Assembly (NCBI RefSeq): GCF_963676685.1 | Contig: NC_092348.1 | Coordinates: forward strand, 16,182,001-16,246,000 | Length of the DNA: 64,000 nt | Direction of reading: 5' to 3' | Source of the DNA: Mytilus edulis | Lineage: Eukaryota | In this document: in pieces, positions 12,917 to 27,677 of the stretch | How the letters are laid out: each line of letters starts with the position of its first letter | Numbering within the stretch: the stretch's first letter is position 1 | Notes under the pieces: generated by a model | Seen by the model: the letters and a program-made list of their open reading frames with translations, nothing else | What the model was told of the DNA's origin: nothing | The model's database searches: none | Translations under genes and position numbers: made by a program

Positions 12917-15900
12917 ATGTCGCACAACGAAGATATTGAATATACAGAAAATCTCTCAGTTCATAGAAATCAACCGCATCATGAAAACCAGGAACATTAT
13001 GATGATAGTGATACAACTCACGTCCCCTTTATCGCTGATGATAGGCTCCACAGGTCCGTACAGAAAGAAGATGTCACTGATAAGGGATATGCTTGGTTTA
13101 TATTGATAAGTATGTCTTAAGTTATTCCTATAGTTAGATTACTTTCTTTTTTATGAAGATAAAGGTACTTTTAAATTGTGTAACAGTGTAAACACTTTTT
13201 AAATTTATTATGTACAATAACATGCATTTACATACGTTATCATGGACTAGTTAAATGCATCTTAAATTTCTTAAATCTTCTTTTATTATAAAAGTGCGTA
13301 AACATGTAATTTGCCTGTGTGAATTATAATTTGCAGTACGTATTTGATCTCAAAAGAGATATACGTACATTTCACTATGACTAAAACTATTTTAGAATTA
13401 GTTTTCACCTTTTAATTGGCTAAGGTCGACTTTAGTTTGAATATTGTTAATCTTGGTTTTCCATGGCATATACTGTTCGTTTTTGACTTATTAAATTGAC
13501 TATCCATTTGTTATCTTCAGCTTCTCTTTCACAAATCATCAGCCGAAGGTCGATGGTTCTCACTGGGTAATTCGATTTCCTTTATGAATAAAAAATTACC
13601 GCGGCAAAATAGCAAAATAGTGATAAAAGTGGCGTTAAACAATAACCAATCAATCAATTCAAACTTTAACAAACTAAAGAACATGCATAGGATCATTATA
13701 AAGGACATAAAACCCGTGCGCATTATTTTTTGTGTGATGGTAACGATGTCACGGAGGACATGTCTGCCGATGTATCATTAGTTCGTTCCAGACATAGCAC
13801 AACAGGTAGAAGTAGTTTTTACCTACTATTTCAACTTATTAATCTGAAATCGATGAAATATATTTTTAAATTCTGAAATTGATACATTTATAATCAACAA
13901 ATTTGGAAATAAGTATATAGTGATACACAAGTATATGTTAAATAAAACCAATTTGTTATCACATAAGCAACACGCCGGGTGCCACATGTAGAGCAGGATC
14001 TGCTTACCCTTCCGGAGCACCTGAGATCAGTCCTAGTTTTTGGTGGGGTTCGTGTTGTTTATTCTTTAGTTTTTTATGTAGTGTCATGTGTACTATTGTT
14101 TGTCTGTTTGTCTTTTTCATTTTTAGCCATGGCGTTGTCAGTTTGTTTTAGATTTATGAGTTTGACTGTCCCTTTGGTATTTTTCGTCCCTCTTTTAAAT
14201 AAAAGGTTTATTTACATTCATATAAACGTATGATTCAATAAACTATAGTTTATAAAATAGAAATTTATAGAAATCTGAGTTTATACCCTAAGTACAAATA
14301 TTATGTTATTGAAATGCTAATTTTGAGGGGTTTCCTGTCGTATAACACAGGAGAACAGAAGACCTCAAAATATATCTTACTTATTTAACGATCAAACTAA
14401 ATTGAGATATTCTATTCTGATGCGTTCAGGTTTTAATATGCACTAATAAATCTAGATACAAACTTTTCATTATCAAGTTACAATAAAAATTATCACTGTA
14501 ACTGCATGAATCAAGACACATATAAATGTAATAGTGTATTAAAAATATAAGTAACTTGATAAGTTATTGTATTAACTTTGTTTATGAAAAGGGTATGAAC
14601 TTTTTTGCGGAAAAGCTGACTCTTTTTCAACGAACTATTCAAATAAAATGTTTTCTTTCCTTTGTCTTGCAATACAATTCTTTTTTAAACTGAGAATCTG
14701 GATTAAAATTATAATGGTAACCCTCCCCACTCCACTATAAGGAACCTGCCTGATATTCTATATAAAATAATAGTATTCGTTCATTTGATTATTTGATAAA
14801 GTAAAAAGTATATATCGATGTAAAAAGTTTAAGAACTGGCACCAAGAGAGCACGAAATCGTGTTACATCTGGATGTGCACGAAAATAACTATCCTTAGGT
14901 GAGAGCATGCTTTCTAATAGCGTTTCGATCAATAATATTTTCAAAATCATACACACGAATGTGCTAAATATAGCTTAGAGTAATGAACACATTTTAGTTA
15001 TTAAGGTAGCACAATACAAAGATTTTTTCACTCCCAATCAGACAACTTTAAACTGATATTTATATTTTATAAATGAGGTACCAAAAGAAAGAAGAAAGAT
15101 TAATCTTTCAAATTGTGATAATTTCATTATGATATAATTATTACAAAATTTATTATTATGTAATTAGTTGCTATATTGTGATGTCAACACTTGAATGAAT
15201 TTAGCGTCTGTATTCTTTCTTGCATCTCAAAATATTTTATAGATTCTTGTACAACACAACTTGAGTGATACCTTAAATTCATATCCCATTATGTTCCTTT
15301 AGCGTAGCGAAAAATGATCAAAACTTCACATTAATTGTTTTGAAAGTTACTACTTACTTTGTGACTGAATACAATTGGGTTTATTACTAAAACAGGATAC
15401 GTATCTCTAAAAAAAAGATTATTATTAAACAAGAATTTACATTGAATATTCAGACTGTAGAGATTTTATAAAAATCAGAATGCCAGTTTCATATTAAAAT
15501 GGATTTGCTGATAAGTGACTACATGTACTATCTTGTTAATTAATTTTTTAAAAGTTTAAAAAAGAACATCAGTCTAAGAAATTTGAAAGTTGGTTCTTAT
15601 GTATATGGATAGAAAAAAAGAATAAAAAATGTCATTAGGTTTATATGAAATGTTCTAATACAATAAATATATATTCATTGTATTTGCATAATTTTAGTTA
15701 GTTGTATCGTCTACATTATTGTTCCTGGTAGTGTAAAATCTTTTGGTGTGCTATACACAGAACTGCTAGACTACTATGATGGCGGAGCTGGGAATACGGC
15801 AGGGATTCCGGGAGTACTTTTATTTCTCTATTTTGGACTTGGTAAGATGTATGGAAAACTGTGTCACTTTTGTTTCCTTCTATGGAAAATTCATCTCATT

Positions 15901-18703
15901 CGTAATTTCTTTTTAGATATACTCATCATATATACCAGGATTGAAATTAAACAAGATTAGACGTAGTTGTTTCTTAGTTAATTAATCAAGATAAATTAAA
16001 GACATTATATGGGATATGTATTCATCTTCTCAATTATAATCTTTCTCAATTTGTTATCAAATATCTTGTCCTCGAGGTCCTTAACTTTAATGCGTATTTG
16101 GTGCAGTAGCATTGGTACTGTTGATGTTATAACATTTATTATTGGTATATTATTTTTTTTTCTATATAAGCAAACTTACTATACTTCATCATATTCAAAT
16201 TTATTAACTAATTTCATTATTTCATTATTATTATATTTCTAGCTCCTGTATCCAACTATCTTGGTGAAAAATATACATATAGAGTGGTGATAGGGATAGG
16301 AAGCTGTTTAGTACTGATAGGTCAGACTGCAAGTGCGTTTGTGCCTAAATTAGAATTCCTTTACATCACCTACGGAATAATAACAGGTAAATTATATTTC
16401 TTTTCTTTGTTTCCAAATTTTAAATTAGGATTTGAAGGCAAAACTATAAAATCACACTTTATTATTATATGTGCATGCCATTAAGATAGGGTTGTATAGG
16501 TCTAACAGCATAAATATACATACATAAAGCCCCGCATTTTTAAATTGTTGAAATTGTTATCATTTTCTTAGGAGGTAGCATTTAAACATATGTGACATCT
16601 TAGTAAATCTGCTTCCACTTTGTCCAGCCACATAGCCCCATTACTTTAATAGTTTACAATTGCCTTATATGTTTTCCGTAGAGTTAATCTAATTATACAT
16701 TTTTTACACAATTTATGGTTTCTCTAGGAGTGCCAATTTGCATTAAACAAAACTTGGTTAACTTTGTAATTTCATTATCTATTTTATAGGAATGGGATAT
16801 GGATTAATCTTTGGTCCGTGCTCTACTATACTGAGTTTTTATTTTGACAAAAAGCGGGGTTTAGCAACAGGAATAATGGCATCGTGTAGTGGTATAGGCA
16901 ATATGTGCTTTCCGTATATGTACAAGTATTTGATAGAAAATTACGGTCTGCCAGGAACTATTTTAATAGCTGGAGCAGTTTATTTCCATGTTTGTCCTGT
17001 TAGCATGTTTCTTAGACAACCAATATATGTGACAAGGCAAATAGTAGAAAGGCAAGCACGACAAAAGGAGACGCAAAAATGTGGAGCGTTAAAACGAATA
17101 TTTAGATTCGATCTTTTCAAAAATTCGAAATTTAGTGTCTATATAACGGCAATATGCTTACAAGCTACAAATACTACATCAAATAAAGTTATTTTACCAG
17201 GCTATATTCGAGGTCTGGGTTTTGGTATTGAAACCATAACACTAGCAGTTTCTTTATATGGTGCTTCGGAACTTGTAGGGAGAATATTATTGGGATGGTT
17301 TGCAGATAAAAATGTTGTATCTAGAATAACCATATTTATGATATGCTCTTTTATATGTGATATCACAGCGTTTTGCATGCCTCACTTACCATACAAGCCG
17401 GCTGTAATAGCTTATGCCGTTGTTATAGGAGCTTTTTCTGGATCAATTTGGGGTTTAAACCAAGTAATCATAATTGACTGTGTTGGGCTAAAACATTTGT
17501 CTCCAGCATTTGGTTTGTTGTCGATGAGTATCGGTATAATTATATGTATAAGCAAACCAATAGCCGGTAAGTTAATATAAGTATAACTGTCCTGGTCCTG
17601 CATTTGTCTACGTTTTTTTTGTAATGTTTATTTACAGAATTCAGTATCATTGGTGAATAATAGTGATTCAACTTAACTATTTATTCAAACCATTTGTAAT
17701 TTTACGAAGACAACTTCATGCTTGGCAAAGTCTTCTATTACAAATGTTTTGCGATTCATAATGCCTGGCAATCTTACTGGAATATCAGGAATAGAGGAAG
17801 AGTCGATGTATGCACAAGACAAATTAGTAGCTTCCATCAAAAGCTATCGACTAGACGGTGCAGTATACAAACCCAAAACGTTATGATAATGTTTGGTTCA
17901 GGCAGAAGTCACTTTCTATTCAATCTATAACCAGTTAACTTTTAAGAAGAAGAGTTAAATAACATGCAAATACAATGCATGTTTGTTGGTTTGAATGTAC
18001 AAGTTGAAATATCATCATTTACCAATACTACATTTTTTACTTAAATTTCCAAATAGATATATGAAAAAAGTACAATTAAACACCCTATTCAAAAACACAA
18101 GCAACAGTAAAAACAATGTTTTACAGAACATTAAAGATTGAGTAACACTAAACAAATCAAAACCAGGATAAAGTCATGATTCCCGGAAGCGATGCAGTTC
18201 CGTCACAACAATAAACACATATCGCCTTGTTCATGGCAATTAAATACTCCGAGATATGTCGAAAATATCACAACCTAGAAAAAGGGAATGTTGATCATAT
18301 CCTTGAGTATATGTGACACAGACATTCCATCGCGCATAACAAAATTACGATGTCGAAATGCTTTCATTTAATAGTCTTATATTTTATCTTATATTGTCGA
18401 CTGATTTGAATATTTTTAAATTGTTTTTCTGGTCTCATTTATGTTTTTCAAAATAATATTGTTTCAGTTGATGAAAGGTTTTGTTTACTTTACATAGGTT
18501 TGCTGGAAGATGCAACTGGGTCTTGGACTTCATCATTTTATTTCGTTGGTATTCTTAGTGCACTTGCTGTTGTATTATGCTTACTGGAACGTCCGATTTC
18601 ACATATCTGGTGCTGTCATCGAATAGTAGCAGACGACATCATTGATGTTTCCCGCGATATTGTCGATAAGTCCATTCCTGTGGCTTATAAATTTAACGGA
18701 TAG
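12917..18703 (+). CDS. SLC16/monocarboxylate transporter family MFS protein, 487 aa. Exons 12917-13109, 15698-15841, 16243-16386, 16790-17566, 18498-18703
   Basis: TM1 motif DKGYAW, SVKSFG, SLC16 signature YFDKKRGLATGI, TM8 ELVGR, GLLEDATGSW; all introns are phase-1 GT-AG and the total is 1464 nt in frame. Confidence 0.9.
13960..14196 (+). repeat. Short interspersed repeat (intronic)
   Basis: Reverse-complement relatives near 7260-7480 and 25070-25210 share the GACAACGCCATGGC motif. Confidence 0.55.
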
Positions 18704-21292
18704 CAAGAGAAATGAGAGAAAAGGAGGGACATCATTTGATAGTAATCCTGATGGCCTAAAATAAAAATCGCAAAATAAATATCTTCCGTTAGACGAAATT
18801 GAAAAAGAAAGTTCTGTTCTCAAAACAAAGAATGCAGAGATTTAAATGCAGTGTTAAGGACCAAAAGACCAAAAAATCAGTCTGAATAATTATGTAATAC
18901 TGACTGATAATCAGATATTACCTTCTACGATAATGAAACATTTGTCTCCTTTATATGATATACAATGCACTGTTCTGTTTCGTGTGACTGTATATCATGT
19001 TCTGGTTTTATTTGCATGTGTCTTACGTATTCGACCTTTGAGCTCTGATAATTCCTGTTGTATCTTCTTACTTTTGTTAAACAGTAACATGATATTTTCA
19101 CACACTTGTCCTAAGGGATATCGTTCAACCTTGATGTGTTTAATGTAATAAAAAGATACTTGATTGGGCAAATTATGACGCTCATTAGTAGGCATAGTAA
19201 TCATTTTATAACAAAATTAAAGATATTTTACACAATTTATTTTTTCGATTAACAACGATAAGCGATTAGTTGGAATGAAAAAATGAATAACGACAAAAGA
19301 ACCAAAATATAAATAACAAGGATGCTAGTATACAATGTCAAAGCAACATATGTATTTGCTATTTCACTCACATTGGTTTGAACATTGGCAATCACAATCT
19401 ATGGTTTAATTCAAAGACGCTCATATCAAAATAGTCATAAAGTCAAACAAGTACAAAGTTGAAGAGCATTGAGGATCCAGAATTCAAAAAAGTGCCAATT
19501 AACCTTTTTCTTTTCTCTTTTGCTAGATTATACATTTTGAAACATACAAATTATAACAACAATTTGACAACTTTATCAAGTAGACATGTTATTCTTGGTA
19601 TGCATGTTTGTTCTGTAGCTGTAGGTTGCATTTCTGTAAATATTGACAATGCAATTTCCCTTAGGAACTCCTTTTACGGCTAAAACTGTACCACTTTTAC
19701 TATGAAGTTTTGAATAAAATCTTATCCTAGAATTGAAAATTCATATGCACTACTTTTTATCATTTTTCAGAGGTCAAAACATAGGGCTGTGCGTCATATT
19801 TTCAACGTTGATATGCCCTGAACTTCTCGCAGTTTAAACTAACACTAATTTTCTTAACTACCCCTACCTCGAATAAAAGGTTACCACAGATTTCAATATA
19901 AACAAATTGCACATGTATATTTACTGGTAATATTCCCAAGTTATGTCTCTATGAGATGGAACACAGAGATCATAGCTGGGAACTAGTATGTAAACAAAAT
20001 TCTAAATCTCCCCAAAAGAGGCGTGGTTTGAGAAACAGCTGTATTTACAAAGTGCAGCCTGTACATGAATTCTGCTTTAAGCACAGAATATACATCTAAA
20101 GCTTTATTTTTTTTTCCGTTCAGACCTATAATTTGCCCTGTATCTACAAAACATTATAATTGTAATCAAATAATTAATTTCATAGTAATACTCATCATTT
20201 ATTTTATAATGCAACACTTAATTCTTTAGTGTTAAAACATTATTATTAATTGCAGTTTTTCTAGTTTTTTTCCCCTTTTTTTTTTTTACATATATTATAC
20301 AAAATTGACACAATGATAAAAAGAAGAGCTTGTATTTTTTTAATGAATTGTCAATTCAAAATATTTTCAATTTTCAATTGGGGGTAGAAAATTTTAAATA
20401 TTTGTTCCAAAAAACTTTTCAAAAATAATAAATATTTTAAGTATTGACTGCTTCCCTTTTCAATCCATAATTGTGATTATTTGCAACAATAAATGAGACA
20501 ATAATGAGATACCTGATATGTATAGAACCACTGATTCAGGCCCGGTCGGAAAGAACATACAAGAAAGTAGTACATATTTTAAACAAAGTAGTTCCTACGC
20601 ATAGCTGTATCTTTGTCAATTGCGGGCATATTTGGTTAATTGTGGTATCAAATGAAAGCTTGGGGACTTGGGATCACTGTACAAAACTTGTTGAAAGATT
20701 TATTTATTGAATAATAAAGAAAAATATTAAATTTTGATAGAAGGGCACATTTGACCGGTTGTTCACATCAGACATTCCTGTTTTTGTACTATCAAACTTC
20801 AGGGAACCAGTACGCTCTAATATGCAATTAAAGGTATGTTGATTTTTGCAGCACAAGTCAGGATAAGGTACAGTTTTGTTACATGAAATAACTGCCCCTT
20901 TATTTGAACTTAAGACAAAGTAGCCTTCTTGAAATTTCAGAATTTAACATAGAAAGCAATGGGGCTATGAATTAGTGGTTTTATACCATATGGGGGGGGG
21001 ATAAGGAGGGGTCCTGATCCCGAAATCCCGGGCTTAAAAACATGAAATCCCGACATTCCGAAATTCTAAAAAAGAATTCCCAAATTCGGAAAGGGTCAAT
21101 CCCGGAATCCCGAGCTAAAAAAAAACCGGTTCTGGAGTCCCGATAAGGTCCTATCCCCTGGCTCTCATTTGAATTTAGTGCAGAACTCTACATGTCATAA
21201 ACACACACTTATAGTCAGTATTCCTATTCATTTGACTCTAATGATTTGATTATGAAAACATTATGTCATAGAAGTAAAATGAAACACAAAAC

Positions 21293-21618
21293 TCTGAGTC
21301 ACATAGGCGCACGCTATTAAATTTTAAGAGACAATGGCCAAAAATCGGTATTTTTCCTTCTTTTTGCGTTTTTGATGCCATTTTACCCCCCCCCCCCCTA
21401 TTTTCTGATTTTCTAAATTTTGCTTTGGAAAGCTACTTATCACGTTAAAATATTCCCTTAGGTTTGAAGTTTGTTTGAATGAACTTCAAAACCATTAATT
21501 TCAGAAAATGGGTGAGGTTAGGGGGTAAAAGGGCATCAAAAACGCAAAAAGAAGGAAAAATACCGATTTTTGGCCATTGTCTCTTAAAATTTAATAGCGT
21601 GCCCCTATGTGACTCAGA
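21293..21618. repeat. Near-perfect inverted repeat, arms about 100 bp
   Basis: TCTGAGTCACATAGG...TTTTACCCC (21293-21395) mirrors GGGGTAAAA...CCTATGTGACTCAGA (about 21520-21618). Confidence 0.85.
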
Positions 21619-21714
21619 AAAAAATATGGCGATTTAGACAGCAAAAACAGTTCTCATGACATTGGAATAAAAAAATTCCTGGGTCACGTTGGCGCAGGCA
21701 CTAAAAATATAACA

Positions 21715-22250
21715 AAAAGTAAAATCACAAAAATACTGAACTTAGAGGAAGATCAATTGGGAAAGTCCATAATCACATGGCAAAATCAAATAACAAAACG
21801 CATCAAAAACGAATGGACAAAAACTGTCATATTCCTGACTTGGTACAGGCATTTTCAAATGTAGAAAATGGTGGATTAAACCTGGTTCTATAGCGCTAAC
21901 CCTCTCACTTTAATGACAGTCTCATCAATTTCCGATATTTTTACATTGATGCGTTAAATAAACAGACACAATAAATATAATAGTCAAAATATGGGTACAT
22001 CAGTCATCATCGTTTAACAATTCTAAAAGGAACAATTTAACAGAACACAAAAACATCTACTATCTACGAACACATTTATTGAGTGTCTGACGTCAGAAAA
22101 TTTTATACGTCACATAAATTTGTCGTTCAATGTGCGTACAAACAATTTTAAAATTTGCATGGGAATGTTAGCATACAGGGCTAAAAAATCAAAAGTATGT
22201 AAGAATAAATTTAAGAAATAGACCGAGATTTAAACTACATGTAGTCCAAA
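21715..22250. repeat. Abundant interspersed repeat starting AAAAGTAAAATCACAAAAATACTGAAC
   Basis: Copies near 25455, 45058 and 61771, and a partial copy near 42880. Confidence 0.7.
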
Positions 22251-25200
22251 AATTATATTTGTTGTAAAATCACCTGCAAAATCAATAATAATTACAATAT
22301 TTGAATAATAACAGAAAGTTAACCCCCTCACATGACTCAGTTGCGAAAATTAGTGGTTTTGAAGTTCATCATAACAAACTTCAAACATCAGGGAATGTTT
22401 TAACATAATAGATAGCTTTCTAAAACAGAAGAATACGAAACTGGGGGGGGGGGGGGGGAACAGGCCTTATCGTACCTTGTCTTTTATACAAAGAGTAAAA
22501 AGACATTTTATATCCCAGAAATATGAACTAAAAGTAACAAGTGGTTTTAATGTTTGCAAATCAAGAAACGTGTAATACCGACTTATTCATAAAGAAGATC
22601 ATCAGGAAAGGAATATTGAATTGACCTAGTTGTCAATCTATCTATCTGTACGCTTGCTATGCCCGACACTTCGATAAAGACCTCCACCAAAATGCATTAA
22701 CACCGGTAGTGTTAAGCTCGATTGGAAATAAGATACAGTAATTCTTATGCATATCTATAGATACTTGAACTGGATTGGTCAGTTAGAAAATATTTCCTTG
22801 GTTTACACTTCGATAAACCATGTTTCCGAATCTTCTTTCGTAACCTTCACTGGGATCTATTTATACTCGATACACATACATGCAGTCATTCCGGGATTTC
22901 AGGAAATTGAGATTGAAAAACAAATACATTTACACAACAGTTGTTACTATTATAAGGCATATATATAACAAAAAAGAAAAAATGCATTTAAGTTTCGAAA
23001 ATGTATAAAATTAATCTGTTGAATTTATCGAACATTTATGGATTCTAGAAAGTCAATATGGCGGCTAACTCCATAGTTACAACCTTATGGTAATTATAAT
23101 AGTCAATACTAAAAAAATGTTAATAAAAATTCGCAAATACTTGGCTTAAGAAAGATAAGGATTAAACACATTTTTTTCTAAAGGTTGTTGGTGTGTTATT
23201 GCCCTTATTCACAAACTCAACTTACAAGCTCTTCTGACTTTAATTGGAGTGTGTGAGTTAATCGCCCCGGTTTACATATCAATAACCTCTAGAAAATGTG
23301 TGTTTAATGCTATAAAGTTTTGATTTCAACTCGTAACTATTTATACCATATTGGGTATTGAAAACTAGTTTGAAAAAGTGTATATACATATCGAAAAGAC
23401 ATTATATTTCCCTTCCAACGAAGTAGCCTCTTTCAAACATTTAAAACTTTATAAATGTCTAAGATAACGTGTTTACAAAGTTAGATTTAAATGGTACAGT
23501 GCATACATACAAAACATTATAAAACACTAAATTATCAGGGTCATCGGGGTTGTCAGTATACAATACAAAGAAATTAAATTTAGAGTTTAAACATATCGTT
23601 CGTATGCATACTGTGAATTTTTGGTCGGTTGTTGAACGCCATTTTGTTCTCACTAGAATAGGATCATTCAATATGGATCACATTAAGATTTTGGACTAAG
23701 CATTGATTAAATCGGTACATCAAGCTTTTATCTTCTGGAAACTGTAAGTGCATTTACTGTATTAACCCACATAAATCAATCATCATATGCAAAACATCCA
23801 AATATATACGAGTTAATGATATGAACCATATGTGAACGCACATTTGTTGCATACATAAATAGTTAGTATAATTCCTTATTTAAAGATGATTGAAAATCTA
23901 TTTTTTTCACTTTCACTATACTATTTCAAAGTGAAAATGATTTAAGTATCAAAATAGTAAGGACCAAAAGTTCAAACAAAAGTGCCAAATACGGCTAAGG
24001 TAATCTATGCCTGGGATAAGAAAATCCTTAATTGTCGAAAAATTAAAAGTTTTGTAAACAGGAAATTTATATAAAAAAAAATGACCGCATAATTGATATT
24101 CATGTCAACACCGAAGTGCTGACTACTGAGCTGGTAAAACCCTCGGAGACGAAACGTCCACCAGCAGTGGCATCGATCCAGAGGTGTAAATAGTTATCAA
24201 AGGTACCAGGATTTAGTACGTCAGAGGCGCCATATAACAGACAGAATAATGCTAAAAAAAGACTTATTTTTATATGTTCTGCTGTATATTCGAATCCCAA
24301 GGAGGGAAGAACAAAAAATTTGCGAAAGCAAATTTACAGATCTAACATTGTTGGGTTGATGTTTAGACGAGTTGTATATACATAATGTACACAGCCATGT
24401 ATCACCATCATTGCTGGTGATCCGATGGATAAATCTGTTGTAGAATTGTCACTGGCTCAGACGTACTTATAAATATAACTATTTTCTGTGACTGTGTCTT
24501 ACATTAATTTGTAGGATCCTTTACTATAGATAATTTGGCTGATCTGTAAAAAATAACATCTCCATGCCTTATATATCATGTACTGTAGTACGACGCTAGA
24601 GTAAACCTGACGTGGAAAGGTAACTATTTGGTGTCACGATATTTCAGTAGCATGGGTTCGAATCCCGGCGAGGGAAGAACAAAAAATTTACTTTCGCAAA
24701 TTTACACATCTAACATTATTGGATTGATGTTTAGACGAGTTGTATATATATATATATATATAAACGAGTCTAAATTGAAAACTACGTTCAAACCTATGAT
24801 TTCGTTGGATAAAAACCGCAATTTTTATACGTGTGCATGTAAAACAAATTTCGTTGTAGAAGGGTCTAAAAACAGCACAAACAACATTTTCCAAAAGACC
24901 AAAAAAGTGAAAAAGTATATTTTTATTGAATACCATAGGACTTGATATTGGTTCTAATCACTTGGGTTTGATGCTTATTTTACTTTTTACTAGAAAAGAG
25001 ACTACTATTAGATATTACAAAAATACCTGCGTATCAAATATTTATCAATTAATAAGATGTGCAAACAGAAAGACGAAGGATACTAAAGAGACATCCAAAA
25101 TCATAAATCGAAAATAAACTGACAACGCCTTGGTTAAAAATGAAAAAGACCAAAAGACAAACAACATTTCACAGCACACAACATAAAAAAATTATAAACC

Positions 25201-26794
25201 AAGCAAAACGAACAGTTATTTTTTTTAGTCAGTATTTTTTTGACATTGGATTGCGTCTGACAATATATATCCCTTGAGGTGAATTTAGTGATAATTCAAA
25301 TACAACTAATCAGGGTTTTTTATTGTCCAAAGCAACTACTTCATTTTAGGGTCGAGCTACCCATTTAGTTTTTTGTTGCTAGTTTTGTAAACTTGTATCT
25401 TGTATCACCCCATGGCATCTCTTTGTTTTGATTTTATCCGGTTGTATCAGAAAATAGTAAAATCACAAAAATACTGAATCAAATGACAAAATCAAAAGTT
25501 CAAACACATCAAAGTAGGGATAACAACTGTCTTATTCCTGATTTGGTACAGGCATTTCTTATGTAGAAAATAAAAATGGCAGATTAAACCTGGTTGTATA
25601 AATTACAGAGAACATTTTTGAGATGGCCGATGATACCGGACTCATACCTATACAGCAATCAATTCCATCCGACCTACAAGACAAAGTTACTGCAATATCC
25701 GATATATGTTCAAAAACTGCAGGTAAATTATATATTTCTTTTCAATTAAAATGTTCAAGTTAATACTGTTTCAATCATGTTAGATCATGTAAAAATTTGA
25801 AAACTAAACTTATATAATTAGCCCACAGTATTACTCCTACTTTAAAACAGTGTCAAATTATTTCTCACACGGAATTTCAAATACTGAAACTGAATCAAGT
25901 GTGCTATGGGTAATATTTTCAAAGTGTACATGGTTGGCTAATAATGCCTTTCAAATTGGAAAAAGGAACTAAATAATGATATGACGTTATTTTCAAATTT
26001 GGATACACGAGCAGCGAAATTACCTAGGCATTAAGATTCTGAAGTAGCCAGTTATAAATAATATAACCTCTTGTCAATTATTTTATTGTGGTCATATTTC
26101 TGACAAAAAGTATGATATCAAATACTTATATGCAGTATTTTTAATCGAGTGTATTTTTTATATCTACCAGGTCTTCCAGATGCCTTGGATGACAATAAGA
26201 AAAGATGGCTTGTTGTTGGTATATGTCTCCACTCAGTGATCTCACCTACACTGCGAACGTTTATTACTCCGGTTCTTGACACCTTATATAACTCACTTGT
26301 AGTTTCAGATAACATTGATAAGCAAACATATAGTACTCATTTGAAGAAATATATACCAACTAAAACTAATTTGAATTATGAGGCTATTAACACCAACAGT
26401 ACTAAGCTTGTAAGAAACGTTAAGCAGTACATGCAGTATGACTACAGAGTCTACAATGCTGTTGATTTATCCAAACTATTTGTACAGACGTTTATGGCTC
26501 ATTACACAGCGATCGACGATTCTTGTGATTCATCAGCTTTGCTAGGAATCATCATAAATATTTTACCAAGTCTACAATCTACTGCTAAAAAGGCAAGTAT
26601 AAAATAAGCCTATATTTTGATAAGCATATTTTCGTACAAACTTTAGAAGATAATTTTTGAAATGACCCCAATGAAATATAGTTTCAATTGTTAAAACACC
26701 AAATGTGCAATAAAATTGATTAATAAAAAAAGAAATTGTCACAAACTATATTCTCCTTTTTGATACTTTGCAAAAGTGTAGCTTATATCAGGCT

Positions 26795-27100
26795 TTAATC
26801 CCGCTGCAAATGTTTGCACCTGTCCTAAGTCAGGAATCTGATGTACAGTAGTTGTCGTTTGTTTATGTAATATATACGTGTTTCTCGTTTCTCGTTTTGT
26901 TTATATAGATTAGACCGTTGGTTTTCCCGTTTGAATGGTTTTACACTAGTAATTTTGGGGCCCTTTATAGCTTGTTGTTCGGTGTGAGCTAAGGCTCCGT
27001 GTTGAAGGCCGTACTTTAACCTATAATGGTTTACTTTTTAAATTGTTATTTGTATGGAGAGTTGTCTCATTGGCACTCACACCACATCTTCCTATATCTA
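26795..27100 (+). repeat. Short interspersed repeat, also at 54540-54727
   Basis: Shared CGTTGGTTTTCCCGTTTGAATGG...TGTCTCATTGGCACTCAC...CATCTTCCTATATCT. Confidence 0.7.
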
Positions 27101-27677
27101 TTTAAAAAATATATCACTAAAAATTATTGGTCATCAAGCTTGATAAGAATTAATTAAATTTTGTTAAAAAGATATGGGAAAACACTTTTGTTTGAATAGA
27201 CAGGAAACTTAATTTTAAGATGAATTATGAGGAGATGGCTGTTAACATGTTAGCTCACAGTACTGATTTTCTTGCTTCAAAACAAAAATTAAAATAATAC
27301 ACGAGTTTATAAATCAAATTATTATTTAATTATTGCCCTTTTTAAACAATTTTTTTTCTTCGAAATGGAACCAAACAAAAAAAGTATGTATTTGTAAAAG
27401 CAGTTGATTATATATCAAATTATTAGTTTCTTTTAATGTCAGATAGTTCAACCATATGAATTGCGGCAGTACTTCCATTTTGCGCCAATTTGCATTTCAT
27501 TTGCCCAAAAAAATCTTTCATTGCACTGCAATTATATTTCATTTGCGCCTTGTATATAAAAATAAAGATCATTTGCGCCAATATTAAAGATTCTAAAGGT
27601 TAATCCTATTAAGAATAGATTTATTCAAAAGATACTTTTAATAATAACTTTTTACCCAAGTTTTGTTCATACCGCAC

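Noticed and set aside
24118-24215. Second hammerhead (..GACGAAACGTCC..)
   Set aside because: The CTGATGA core is missing in this copy; too degenerate to call
24288-24760. tRNA gene suggested by GGGTTCGAATCCC
   Set aside because: Only a B-box-like motif inside a duplicated repeat unit; no cloverleaf can be formed
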